Source: a virus. Taken from it: a stretch of 64,000 nt of DNA. Positions 22,401-28,563 of the stretch are shown piece after piece. Below the pieces are notes generated by a model, which searched no databases, was not told the DNA's origin, and saw only the letters and a program-made list of their open reading frames with translations. The stretch covers positions 1 to 64,000 of the IMG/VR virus record IMGVR_UViG_3300025132_000028, one strand, 5' to 3'. Positions within the stretch are counted from its first letter, which is position 1; each line of letters begins with the position of its first letter. The position numbers and the translations under genes are program-made.

Positions 22401-25400
22401 TTCGCTTGTACTGGCGGAGCTGGTGGAAGTCATACTTTTGTAAGTGCAGCAACTAGCGCAGTCCAGACTGGTGGTAACTATACACATACATTTGTTCCTC
22501 AATTTGGTTTGACACCAGATACTGCTTTGTATGATCCAGTTACAGGTATAATGACTGTTACTAATCAGCAATTGACTGTATCAGATGCGATTTATGATCC
22601 TGTTAGTGGTGAAATGACATTGACTGTTGGAGTTCATAGATTAACAAATTATGATAGTGTACGTCTTGACACAGAATCAATATCCTTTAGTTGTGTATTT
22701 GAAGGTAAGTTACAAACTAAGGCATATCCAAGATCAAATGGTAATGATTATGTCTATGATAAGGATTTACCAATCATACGTTATACATCTGACACAATTA
22801 CAGTCAATGTTAATGGTGGAAAAGGTGCTATCAGTCATGCTGTTCCTCATACCTTCATGAGTGCTACTTCAAAGGGTGTTAAAGTTAATCATGGATTAAG
22901 AAATGGTGATTATATTAAGTTTGATGATTATGCAGTAACATTTACATGTAATAAAGATGGTAATGCAACTCTTCATCCATATCCAAGACCTACTGATCCT
23001 CTTAGTGGTACATTTACACAGGTTACTGTTGTTGATGAGAACAAATTTAGTGTAGGAGTATTAACAGTTACACCTTCCACAGATACTTCAGTTCATACAT
23101 TTGTATCTGCTCTTGAGGGTGGTATTAAGAAAGAAGTAATTAATAGTGGCGGTGACCATCCACATACATTTGTTGGTACAGCAACTAGTGCAATCCAATC
23201 AGGTGGTAATTATGTTCATACATTCTTATCTGCTGTAGCAAACAGTGTTACCTCAAATGTTGGTAATTTACCTAATGCAGTAACAGATGTAGTATATACA
23301 CCTTCCAGTGGTGATATGGTAATTACTTCTGCTGCTCATTTATTAACTGGATCAAATACAATTTCTATTGCTAATAATGGATTATCCTTTACCTGTACAA
23401 TGGATGGCAATACAGCGACTAAGACATATCCTAGATCAACTGATCCTATTTCTGGAATTGCAACTGCTATTACAGCAACAACCACAGATACATTTACAAT
23501 CAACGTTGGTGCATCACCTATCGTAAATCATGATGTTACGGATGCAACTTATGATGCAGCGACAGGTGTGATGGTACTAACAATAGGTGCTCATACATTA
23601 CCAACTGGAACAAGTGTTAAGATTGCTAATGGTTCACTACCATTTACTTGCACAATGGATGGTAATACATCAACGAAGAATTATCCAAGATCTACTGATC
23701 CATTCTATGATACTGCTGTTGGTATTGCTTCGACAACCAGTACTACAATCACACTTAATGTAGGTAAATCTCCTATTCTCCCATTTGATGTTAGTGCTGC
23801 AACTTACGATGCTGCTACAGGTGTAATGGTAGTAAACATTGGTGCTCATACCTTAAAAACTGGAACAAGTGTTAAAATTAATGAAAAATCATTACTATTC
23901 ACATGTTCACAGGATGATAATGCAACAGTTCATGCATATCCTCGTTCAACTACTGCTTCTCTTACCGCAACAACTGGCACAGTTTATGATCCTGTTGTAG
24001 GTATCATGACCATCACCACTCCTGCTGCTCATGGAATGAAAAATGGTGATGAAGTTAAATTTGCTGATGGTGCGGTTTCATTCTCATGTCAATATGGTGT
24101 AGGTTCAGCACATACATGGGCTGGTGGAACAGTAACTGATGCTGTTACAATTACTGTTGGTCCTGTCCAGACAAAACATGATGTAACTAATGCCACATAT
24201 AATCCTGCAACTGGTGTTATGGTATTTACCATTGGGGCACATAGTTTCACAACTGATGACTTAGTAGAAATTGGTGCTGAGAAGTTTGCATTTACTTGTA
24301 CTGCTGACGGTAACGTCAAGACTAAGTATTATCCTCGTGCAACTGATCCTGCATATAATACTCCTCTATTAATTACTGCTGTAGACCAAGCTGGTGGAAC
24401 AATCACAGTTAATGTTGGTGCTACTAGTGGAACTGTGGCAACCGCATATCCTCGTTCTACTGATTTCATTAGTAATAGGTGGGTTGAAATTTCTAATGTA
24501 ACCACAAAAACATTTGATGTCCAAGTATTAGATGTAATCCCTTCTACAAATACTGATGCTCATACATTTGTATCTGGAGTTACTAATGGCATCACATTCA
24601 AACGTGCAAAAGACCCATACTATAATACTTCTGTTGCTATTGCTGCTACAACTAGTGATACAGTCAGTTTAAATGTTGGTGTATCAACTATCGTAAATTA
24701 TAATGTTTCTGATGCGAGTTACGATCCAAATTCAGGTAAAATGGTACTTACCATTGGTTCTCATGACTTAGATGTAGGAACAAGTATCAAGATAGCAGAT
24801 AACTCACTCACATTTACATGTGATAAAGATAATAATGCGACTCAGCATAGTTATCCTAGAACTCTTATAGAGACTAAAACTGTAACTGATGCTAATTACG
24901 ATCCTACTACTGGTATGATGGTACTTACTGTTCCTAACCACGGATTTGAGAATGGTAGGCAAATTAAGTTAGCAGATAATTCATTAACATTTACTTGTAC
25001 TCTTGATGGAAATACTACAAATAAAACTTATCCAAGACCAACTGATCCTTTCAGTGGTAAGTGGATAAAAGTACAAAACGTCACTACAAATACTTTTGAA
25101 GTACAAACATTAGCAACTGTACCTTCCACAAACGTTTCTGTACATACATTTGTAAGTGCAACTGATGAAGGTTTATCACATAAGAGAGATCCATTCTATG
25201 ATAATAATATTAATATTGAGGCAAGAACTCCAAATACTATTACTGTTAATATTGGTGCAACTCCAGATCTTCAGCAGAGTACTGGATTAACAGGACCAAC
25301 ATATTTCACTGATGTTCCTATCACTGGATTTAACTATACTAACGCTACTGGTGTTACAACTATAACCGCAGTTGGTCATGGACTAACAACAGGTGAAAAT

Positions 25401-28400
25401 GTAAAACTATCTGGTATTGCTTTGACATGTACTTCTGGTATGAAAACATATCCAGATGGTGGAACAGGATTCTTCTTCGGAGTAACTAACGTTATTGATG
25501 CTAATACTTTCGTAACAAACACAGGTATCTCAACTATAGTACACACATATGTCAGTGGTGGTAATGTAAGAACTGGTGTTACAAGTGACAAGTTCCCTAA
25601 TCCTCAAGGTTCATTTAGTAAGATTGCTAATTTTGAATATAACAATATGACTGGTTTGGCAACAGTAACAACCAATGGTTTCAATCAACTTGGAACTGGG
25701 CAGTTAATTAACTTTGAAAATATCCATATGCTTTGCCCAATTGGTAGTGGTACTACACATGTATTCCCACAAGATACTGGAACAGTTGTTAATATTAGTA
25801 ACTTCCAATATGATAATCAGTCTGGTATTGCGACCGTTACTACCGCAACCAACCATAATTTTGTCCGATTTAAGAAGGTTAGATTGCAGGGTATGACCGT
25901 ATCATGTGCATATGGTTCTAAGACTTATCCAGATAAGCAAACTGACTTTGAATTAACGACTATTGTTAACTCAACAACATTTGTAACTAATGTAGGAGTA
26001 TCAACTCTTGCTCATACATATGTTTCTGGTGGTACTGCAGCAGAAGTTAAATTTGCTGGTCCTTACACAGTTAAGGAAAGAATTGACAGAAATACATTCA
26101 CTGTTAATGTTGGTGTTTCTACTTACGTCCATACTTATGATCACTCTGGTAGAGTATCTCCTGTAAGATATACTGGACCTTATGAAGTACTTGCTATTAC
26201 TAATAGTAAGGAATATACCATCAATGTTGGAAGATCTCCAATTGCTCATACTTACACTGGTGGCGGTACATCCAAACCACAACAATACACTGGTCCTTAT
26301 AAGATAATTGCTGCACCTGACGCAAATACATTAAGAGTAAGAGTTGGTATTTCGACTTATCAACACTTCTACGGTAGTGGAGGTATGATTGCTAGGTTAC
26401 GCTCTGGTATTGCTGAGAAGAAACTAAATCCAGGTCCATTTAGAGTTAAAGATGTATATTCTGCTACTGAATTTACTACTGACGTTGGTATCTGTACATT
26501 TAAACACTTCTATCACTCTGGTGGTAAAGTTGGTAAGGTTAATCAATTCTTCCCTGGTAGTGGATTCTATGGAAATAATGTTCCAGTAACAGTAGTTCCT
26601 GAAAATGGTGTTGGAAGTGGTTTAACAGTTACTACTACAGTTGGTTTTGGTGGAAGTCTTGTTCCTTCTCTAGATTATGTTGGAACTGGATTTACTATTG
26701 CTCCAAGGTTAGAAACTCCTGGACCAGCTTATGATGATCTCCCAGTTAGAGGTCTCTTTAGACTAGGTATTGGTCAGACAACTGCTACTGGTATTGGATT
26801 ATCTGTAACTTTAAATGTTGGTGGTATTAGTACTAGTGGTGTTGCATCAGAAACAAGTGGCGTTAAAAACTTTACAATTGGAAACAGAGGATATGGTTTC
26901 CAACTCAATGATAAAGTTAGTCCTGTTGGTTTAGTAACCGCTGCGAAAATCCTTGCTGGATCTAAGACCGTTGGTTACACAACTGAAACTGAACCATTTG
27001 AACTTACAGTTATTGATACATTCTCTGATACTTTCTACGGATGGCAATTCGGTCAACTTGATTATATTGATGATATTACTTCATTACAAGATGGTGTAAC
27101 AAAGAGATTCCCACTATTCCAAAATGAGCAGTTAGTCAGTTTTGAGAAAGCAGATGGAACACCTATTAGTTTCCCATCACTTCTTATCATCTTTATTAAT
27201 GGTGTTCTTCAAATTCCAAACAAAGATTACATATTTGAAGGTGGTACTGCATTTGAATTCACAAGTCCTCCACAAGAGGCAGACCAAGTTACAATTTACT
27301 TCTATAGAGGTAGTAATGATGATGTTAATACTGTTAACGTAGTTGAATCCATTAAAATTGGTGATGAATTAATCTTAATTAAACCAGTTGGTGTTTCTAC
27401 TGTTCCAGATCAAGACCCAAGAGTTGTTAATGAAATTGTTGCATCTGATATTCTTGCAACTAACTTATACTCTCTACAGGGTATTGATAACAACTTCAAG
27501 AGACCTGTTGTTTGGAGAAAACAAAAAGTTGATAGAACTGTTGATGGACGTATTATTCCTAAGACTCGTGAAGCACTAGAACCACAAATCTATCCAACAG
27601 CAAGAATTATTGGTTCTGCATCTACAACTCAAGATTTCCTCTTCCTTGATAATGCTAGTTTGTTTAACTATGAAGCAGTGACTCCATCTACCAACTTCGA
27701 TGGTATCATTACTCAAGGAGAAGATCCAGTTGTAGGTATTCTAAGTGTTGGAGTAAATGCTGGTACAATTTCTACAATCACTGTTATCAATGGTGGTTCT
27801 GGATATACTGGAATCGTAACAATTTCCATATCCAATCCACCTGATATCACGGTTGGTTTTGGAACAACTGCATTAGCAACTGCAATTATTTCCAACGGTG
27901 CAGTTATTGGTGCAAATATCACCAATGCTGGTAGTGGATATGGAACAAGTGCATATGCGTTATTACCAACTCCACCTGTAAGTATTGAAAGTGTTTCATT
28001 AATACCAACTGTAAATGGTTATGAAGGTGATATTATTGGAATTGCAACTGCCACTGGAATTGGTACCAATCTCAGCGTCAAGTTTACTTTAGATCTTCCA
28101 AATTCTCCATCAGATACTCTTAGAGATGGAATGAGAATATTTGTTAACAATACTAATGTTGGTTCAGGTGTAACTTCTATTGATACCAACAACTCTCAAG
28201 TAATTGGTATTGGAACAACTGCTTGTGATAACATCTTTAAGGTTCACCAAGTTCAGTATGATGCAGGTAACGGAATCATAACCGCTTTCTGTAATATTGA
28301 TTCAAATTCAAATACTTCTGGACTTAATACTGTTGGATTTGCATACACTAATGTCGGTTTCTACAGTTGGGGAATTGTTACTGGATTTAGTAGAGGAACT

Positions 28401-28514
28401 GCTCCAATTGCAATAAATGTTGATGGAAATACGTTCTCTGTTGGTCTCGGATCATACCCACTTTTCCAGAGAAGAGGGTTTGGTTTAAGGGGTACTGGAG
28501 GAATCACAAAATAA
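7473..28514 (+). CDS. gp7: giant baseplate wedge initiator-like structural protein (7013 aa)
   Basis: between gp6 and gp8; N-terminal QLP.FV....PKF..FL.QYY.SQE and FY.TKGT..SF.ILF..LYG; SPIIGWAYDGNPI.GP (YHYH-like); QDNNYYQNLSY..K...VHP.G; central repeat region. Confidence 0.85.
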   Translation: MINKRVKIKDVIESQLPRFVLEDNPKFADFLRQYYISQEFQGGAIDLAENLDQYIKLDNLVDNVINPDIILERACTSTDTDIVLSSSDGLPDEYGLIKVGDEIITYTERDGNTVKGCIRGFSGISKYRDENNPEELIFESTDTSAHVSGVVVFDTTGYTAADYYYQSATITKMFGIIRVKASGTSGRSTPTTFRLGITNIDNDFYQLSNANRDSNANDLTTLGIDSLGLNQTIVIDEGDTIEFIVNAQGFPLWIQSTGNGYDTTTVLTTGITNGGASTTTTVQNLSVEFLKEYYIKLKELYAPGFEDRTLSSGINVGNFLKNVNSFYKTKGTRESFRILFNVLYGKKVQVVDLEDFVVKSSTSDYLRRAIVVVKAISGNPLLLTGQTLYQDSDPTNADVQVASGPISEVEIFTRQGEEFYKIPLFVGFNEQSLVSGEFFVPGFTKNTLLASANTRVINVDSTVGFSRSGSFFIDSLGITVTYTDKNLTQFLGCSGLTSDLPVGSEVRSTVIAYGYEGGDSTKKVEMRITGVLGEFEAQGNNYYLDVGNEIYIKSIGENISPPADPLTLPTYKQRIFNSWIYNIATRYEVAEITGSTLSVSDKFDKSNLRTGDSVEILARGTNTITTTAVVTVIDSNTLQLSNTTGITTDRNWDIRRVISRATSSNDLIEFGNQTIISNIQNAYVTKNKVNESMYVATQGLPSFSFSVDKVFVDFRGQDVGIGQIDQLVSFQTNLPFVTGDEIVYEALSGSTALEGLVSGTRYFIWVNPAANNQLKLANARSFIEVSKFIELKTGTGTHRLTLASQYGKNIQPQKILRQFPLKPSVSSGLAQTTSYGPTGMLINGIEILNYKSNDYLYYGPLQSVELVSGGSDYDVINPPKITVSNPGVGGTVAVINPVLSGSLKSLYLENRESYDIDQVFGINIEGGNGEGASGEITLSQDYTEANFNAKDILANGGVDIPANTLTFIGEHNFKTGQKIVYNPNGNQPLGVAITLGSDDNTQYDAENTLQSGVAYFANVINTTTIKLHETEDDANAGLSTVGITTFNTLGIHKFRSFDFKNKIQNISVVTEGSGYKKRTYETKTTGISTGTNCFIIKQHGFLDNEEVIYQATNSIRELTTETNYRIIRINADAFRLALSETDVNRGRYIFLSDVGSGIHTVKYPDITATVVASIGGTTVSIPCEPDVRGEIIGAYLSEPGSNYGSKVLNFEKPPLITVSSGTGAQFQPLISNGVITQVQIIGAGSNYTSAPDLTVTGPTGSGAQLKAKLNANGKVSTVEVISGGLNYDAEDTAIVVRSVGQSGIIESTVRPLTVNLHEKYSTDDFLNAETQYPIQYASLAYSTDLQTDFGDSLAQRSPIIGWAYDGNPIFGPFATRDPKQNTGITTYVRSGYQLASNLVPNRPTAGEYPAGFFVEDYKFMGTGDLDVHNGRWFVSDDFPDGIYGYVATLEIDPGTGLPRASFPYYIGDTYIAPRASQSISQDDDINALDLSRNTYPYRLKSLNASYDFVIEADELIGQEGVIDSVFTGGVEELEIVEAGDLYKVGNTLLFDEEGTNGNGVSAQVSFIKGKSVTDLQSTNVQFDEVTFQKTGDTEITGIIQPNHDFNNGEVIEIFNTNTDIKGLQGFHVVGVASERAILLDPVKAGAVGVVTDLIVSRIPGNVSGGSSIKFSDGEVAKVLNVIKGKNLVRIERTGIASFSASGTISYLQDRFTIASDAPQFVSEFFPKKFFNPKQTVGVGTTVGNYETLSYTENNIAQTRVVEHGSIFLNKHPFLDGQKALFVKKSGQLSLGVATAIGIGTTATLVADSLPRSGVEQEVFIIYKSINTIGIKTQKNGAELFFTSDGSDDDGYFVQGIGTAVRGSVLQPTTTVTTTQAHGLKIGDTVNFNVIANQEVGLGASSRVRIELNSEGLIIVDSQGISSTGVNTSTNRISISGNNFRTGDRVYYEPKSEVIGGLGTGRYYIYRDSPENFRLCETYEDSVADVPVIVSLTSIGGTSHNFGLINPKVEIPSRSTTVFDLQNYELNGYNFKIYYDQGFNSEFVGTGQSTSAEVGDVLDAEDRVISIGNTYARLDVNNNTFCPKILYYNVTKDGTPLIPDNDVKENNTIKYVDSAYTGMFTITGIGTSAVGVGTTTFSFAIAKNPEQVSYAATEGRRFYATGAVGPEGPIDQISLLSSGEFYRKLPRFLGVDSENGDNSTIKPKSTRIGQINSIQLVNEGFNYSSDTTLRPIVDVPTVTTIRDFNTVGTISILSNGKNYISAPKLELVDRFVGTKVPGANIVARINENSGSIVDTEIAANPVGLQNREYRLYSVNNTNGIVITKSESNPTRSGIVTFTISTPVLGFSSPPFAVNDEVWIEGFSKDSGSDGYNSSDHLYNFLKVNNVVTTNPFSFEVDYSNYTFNVGLGVSDTQNFSRVIGKEELPTFSIGLQQASFDKNEKLLVNNAETDLQVISFDATAENIKFVGTAPIVPDDIIIGAKSGSQAKVVEILRFDGVYSVEAETDKTIEGTSDSGKLNSSAQVIQDNNYYQNLSYTLKTEVSYEDCIDAVNNSVHPTGLKNFVDSQLVTIGKNAGIQTSTTVTNATVDLVEEVRVDDQYYFDIGRDVNIATRSEVELSNEIELENAKLSDYFESITNRVLNIDDISSQFSNISNPNTLDLFENIYRYPFNFISNRFLVQITSEDRRDFQVSEITILQDGTNTYYAEPTFKKLHSTPQEIGTLEGSVDTENSQVRLRFFPADPFDKNYDIKVLNQFYNTESTLTGIGTTAFGFAALMGSDAEIGPSTSKSFVSVAATNFDYLHSQVEVETVSSGQKETMFVELKAIHDGNDSYMSEYNIILSDGSFGGTNAGAFGTFGTTYDPSGNNFSIEFYNARPSEFVNLKARTLGFGNTTGTTNRDYRFLATGMIPNNERSAQYYTEYQTVGVGSTANFAGIKSDIQSVNQCTMVVGYGRTVSAFQYMFLNDQLGDSLYFSEYPVLSVGNTTGLGTVFAKYDGEKAVLVFTPEAGINDKMFMRTFNEVLYLELERNIVNPLEYGAVVEETFNTTYTGLNFRNIFEFPMLWNGYPIFSKTFNPSNTSALNLATGQFTIKNHFFASGQELEYLPGGTFVGVVTAPMTLANGNPLPSPVYAIKDNEDQFRIGLSTVAALAGIGTTLGSVGAGNLHEFDSTGKLSRSLIAIDGLVQKPLTWSPITRTLENNTTLSGSSLGLGKTSTFMAVSGISSIVLGDLFEINDEFVLVEAVGVGTTTTDINSSGIGTINLCKIQRGSVGTAASFHANGSIIQKYTGSYNFSRNNIFFTGAPNGGKSSDEASTTGIPEAGSSFNGRVYLRKNYDSNKIFDDISGQFTGIAKTFTLRSEGEDITGIGSEGGFGIFFVNNMFQKPQTPNNFNANLFIRETGGQTDLTFTGILNESGDPIVSATDINQNGLPRGGVVVTLGSSEGKGFANLGNPSIGASINHAGEVYKILTAPTTQGMSSITNYVYDHTIGLSTVTTSQAHGLEAGDSIDFVGIGFTCVPTKSGITTGVFPYTRGQKKTVVDFLYDNKTGMATVTTLERFGILEVGEEVFFNGIGFTCIGQKFAQISQKAGITTTLFPCRAGIAKTISAFNYDNQSGIATITLATPHRYVEGERLFIENLNLKCGYGANITNAIYDAPTGLTTITTATPHKFSKGDKVRLQGLEFSCAGYGITFAISTFEYNNSTGITTITTPSPHGALPGEQIKLTGLGFTCPKVNVGTPIGFTYEPLTGLSTVTFASNHGLTNGDKISIGASSIVFTCTLDGGATTHPYPRPTDFAYNKYLPISGVTTNSFQVNVGTGGTGTFPHTFVSATTNAIKTLNYLGVTTSTFPDGTQGNQFRVTKVLSPTKILTNVGITSIPHVYTEGGEVQVGVTSHIYPTGKYGFEFIVSSTPTRNKFRVNVGPSTIAHTYVSGGTALLGLSTTIYPSSQSGIGHSITDFIYDNTTGLSTITVARNSIPFALGDRVNFAGLGFTCPSGFAGLTSTIFPQSLGRKYNIGTVFYNNATGLATVTTTAAHDFKVTDSLDLQNLLFNCSSAYAGVTTHRFPDYVDEPNRSYRVLRIVDPNTIWVDVGVSTIVHTYNLGRHTWVGGTASNAVQSGGNYVHTFLSAVTNGVTSDVGNLPNPITNVAYTPNTGNMVITSATHLLTTSNTLTIADNALSFTCTMDGNTATKTYPRSTDPVSGQTITITGTTTNTITINVGASPIVNHDVTNATYDNDTGVMVLTIGAHTLTTGTSIKIANGALSFTCEDDNNVTTKTYPRASDPYYDTAINIDAVGADTITLNVGINTRGTVSAIKKTGPYEVTRLLAPRPYDVTNAIYDPVVGIMTVTVGNGHGISVGETVDIGTNALTFTCDMDSTGSQKTYPRNLIKTFTATNAIYDPVVGVTTITVAGHGMDDGCWVKLADESLSFICGYGVTTHIFVSATTNAVNVQSGAESGNEKTPNAATYNASTGLLTLGFAAAHGMSTSDTITLDFNSLTFTCAADYHATTHTYPRVTDPIAGVTTAVTVTSGTEFTLNVGDSLGSKSAKSYPRSSDPISGEWIQVSNTTTDTFEIQSLSDNSTPSTNIDAHTFTSAVTGGITHKVDKSFEQPVSVVGVGNTTIDLQVGRSPIVNFNVTNATYEPTTGVMELTIGSHAFAVGQHIKLADNSISFTCTLDGNTLVKSYPRASGTGINAGTPDYAYQKSLEISAVTSTTITINVNSSVGLSSISDLSAHTFDSATAGAVIAGGNYAHTFVGVATGAITKGGPRFNCNVGITTYKHNYTPSIGVGEVRKQNFGGVDDTFIVTGIVGKKSFTIDAGISTYTHFYDVDTKNAISKKKLRTDSFIVDTIYSDRSFRTNVGVSSYRHVYDPKPSKEPGGISSITGMTYNTSTGIATFTVPNHGAIGGELISISGLALTCPGGTGITTHIFPDPNGLSRNISTANYNNFTGIMTVTTNVGHGVTFVGQFVKLENLGFACTGGAGGSHTFVSAATSAVQTGGNYTHTFVPQFGLTPDTALYDPVTGIMTVTNQQLTVSDAIYDPVSGEMTLTVGVHRLTNYDSVRLDTESISFSCVFEGKLQTKAYPRSNGNDYVYDKDLPIIRYTSDTITVNVNGGKGAISHAVPHTFMSATSKGVKVNHGLRNGDYIKFDDYAVTFTCNKDGNATLHPYPRPTDPLSGTFTQVTVVDENKFSVGVLTVTPSTDTSVHTFVSALEGGIKKEVINSGGDHPHTFVGTATSAIQSGGNYVHTFLSAVANSVTSNVGNLPNAVTDVVYTPSSGDMVITSAAHLLTGSNTISIANNGLSFTCTMDGNTATKTYPRSTDPISGIATAITATTTDTFTINVGASPIVNHDVTDATYDAATGVMVLTIGAHTLPTGTSVKIANGSLPFTCTMDGNTSTKNYPRSTDPFYDTAVGIASTTSTTITLNVGKSPILPFDVSAATYDAATGVMVVNIGAHTLKTGTSVKINEKSLLFTCSQDDNATVHAYPRSTTASLTATTGTVYDPVVGIMTITTPAAHGMKNGDEVKFADGAVSFSCQYGVGSAHTWAGGTVTDAVTITVGPVQTKHDVTNATYNPATGVMVFTIGAHSFTTDDLVEIGAEKFAFTCTADGNVKTKYYPRATDPAYNTPLLITAVDQAGGTITVNVGATSGTVATAYPRSTDFISNRWVEISNVTTKTFDVQVLDVIPSTNTDAHTFVSGVTNGITFKRAKDPYYNTSVAIAATTSDTVSLNVGVSTIVNYNVSDASYDPNSGKMVLTIGSHDLDVGTSIKIADNSLTFTCDKDNNATQHSYPRTLIETKTVTDANYDPTTGMMVLTVPNHGFENGRQIKLADNSLTFTCTLDGNTTNKTYPRPTDPFSGKWIKVQNVTTNTFEVQTLATVPSTNVSVHTFVSATDEGLSHKRDPFYDNNINIEARTPNTITVNIGATPDLQQSTGLTGPTYFTDVPITGFNYTNATGVTTITAVGHGLTTGENVKLSGIALTCTSGMKTYPDGGTGFFFGVTNVIDANTFVTNTGISTIVHTYVSGGNVRTGVTSDKFPNPQGSFSKIANFEYNNMTGLATVTTNGFNQLGTGQLINFENIHMLCPIGSGTTHVFPQDTGTVVNISNFQYDNQSGIATVTTATNHNFVRFKKVRLQGMTVSCAYGSKTYPDKQTDFELTTIVNSTTFVTNVGVSTLAHTYVSGGTAAEVKFAGPYTVKERIDRNTFTVNVGVSTYVHTYDHSGRVSPVRYTGPYEVLAITNSKEYTINVGRSPIAHTYTGGGTSKPQQYTGPYKIIAAPDANTLRVRVGISTYQHFYGSGGMIARLRSGIAEKKLNPGPFRVKDVYSATEFTTDVGICTFKHFYHSGGKVGKVNQFFPGSGFYGNNVPVTVVPENGVGSGLTVTTTVGFGGSLVPSLDYVGTGFTIAPRLETPGPAYDDLPVRGLFRLGIGQTTATGIGLSVTLNVGGISTSGVASETSGVKNFTIGNRGYGFQLNDKVSPVGLVTAAKILAGSKTVGYTTETEPFELTVIDTFSDTFYGWQFGQLDYIDDITSLQDGVTKRFPLFQNEQLVSFEKADGTPISFPSLLIIFINGVLQIPNKDYIFEGGTAFEFTSPPQEADQVTIYFYRGSNDDVNTVNVVESIKIGDELILIKPVGVSTVPDQDPRVVNEIVASDILATNLYSLQGIDNNFKRPVVWRKQKVDRTVDGRIIPKTREALEPQIYPTARIIGSASTTQDFLFLDNASLFNYEAVTPSTNFDGIITQGEDPVVGILSVGVNAGTISTITVINGGSGYTGIVTISISNPPDITVGFGTTALATAIISNGAVIGANITNAGSGYGTSAYALLPTPPVSIESVSLIPTVNGYEGDIIGIATATGIGTNLSVKFTLDLPNSPSDTLRDGMRIFVNNTNVGSGVTSIDTNNSQVIGIGTTACDNIFKVHQVQYDAGNGIITAFCNIDSNSNTSGLNTVGFAYTNVGFYSWGIVTGFSRGTAPIAINVDGNTFSVGLGSYPLFQRRGFGLRGTGGITK
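17904..26540 (+). repeat. 28 nested copies of a ~85-95-aa beta-rich domain within gp7
   Basis: N-half Y[DN]xxTGxxTxTxxxH..G..[VI]....L.F[TS]C; C-half ..V.....F.[VI]NVG.S...H.[YF]..[GA]; counted by hand. Confidence 0.85.
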
Positions 28515-28518
28515 TGAG

Positions 28519-28526
28519 TATAAATA
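28519..28526 (+). promoter_or_regulatory. T4-type late promoter
   Basis: TATAAATA upstream of gp8. Confidence 0.8.
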
Positions 28527-28563
28527 ATAACTAGATCCAATGTGTTTTAATTTTTAGAAAGCA

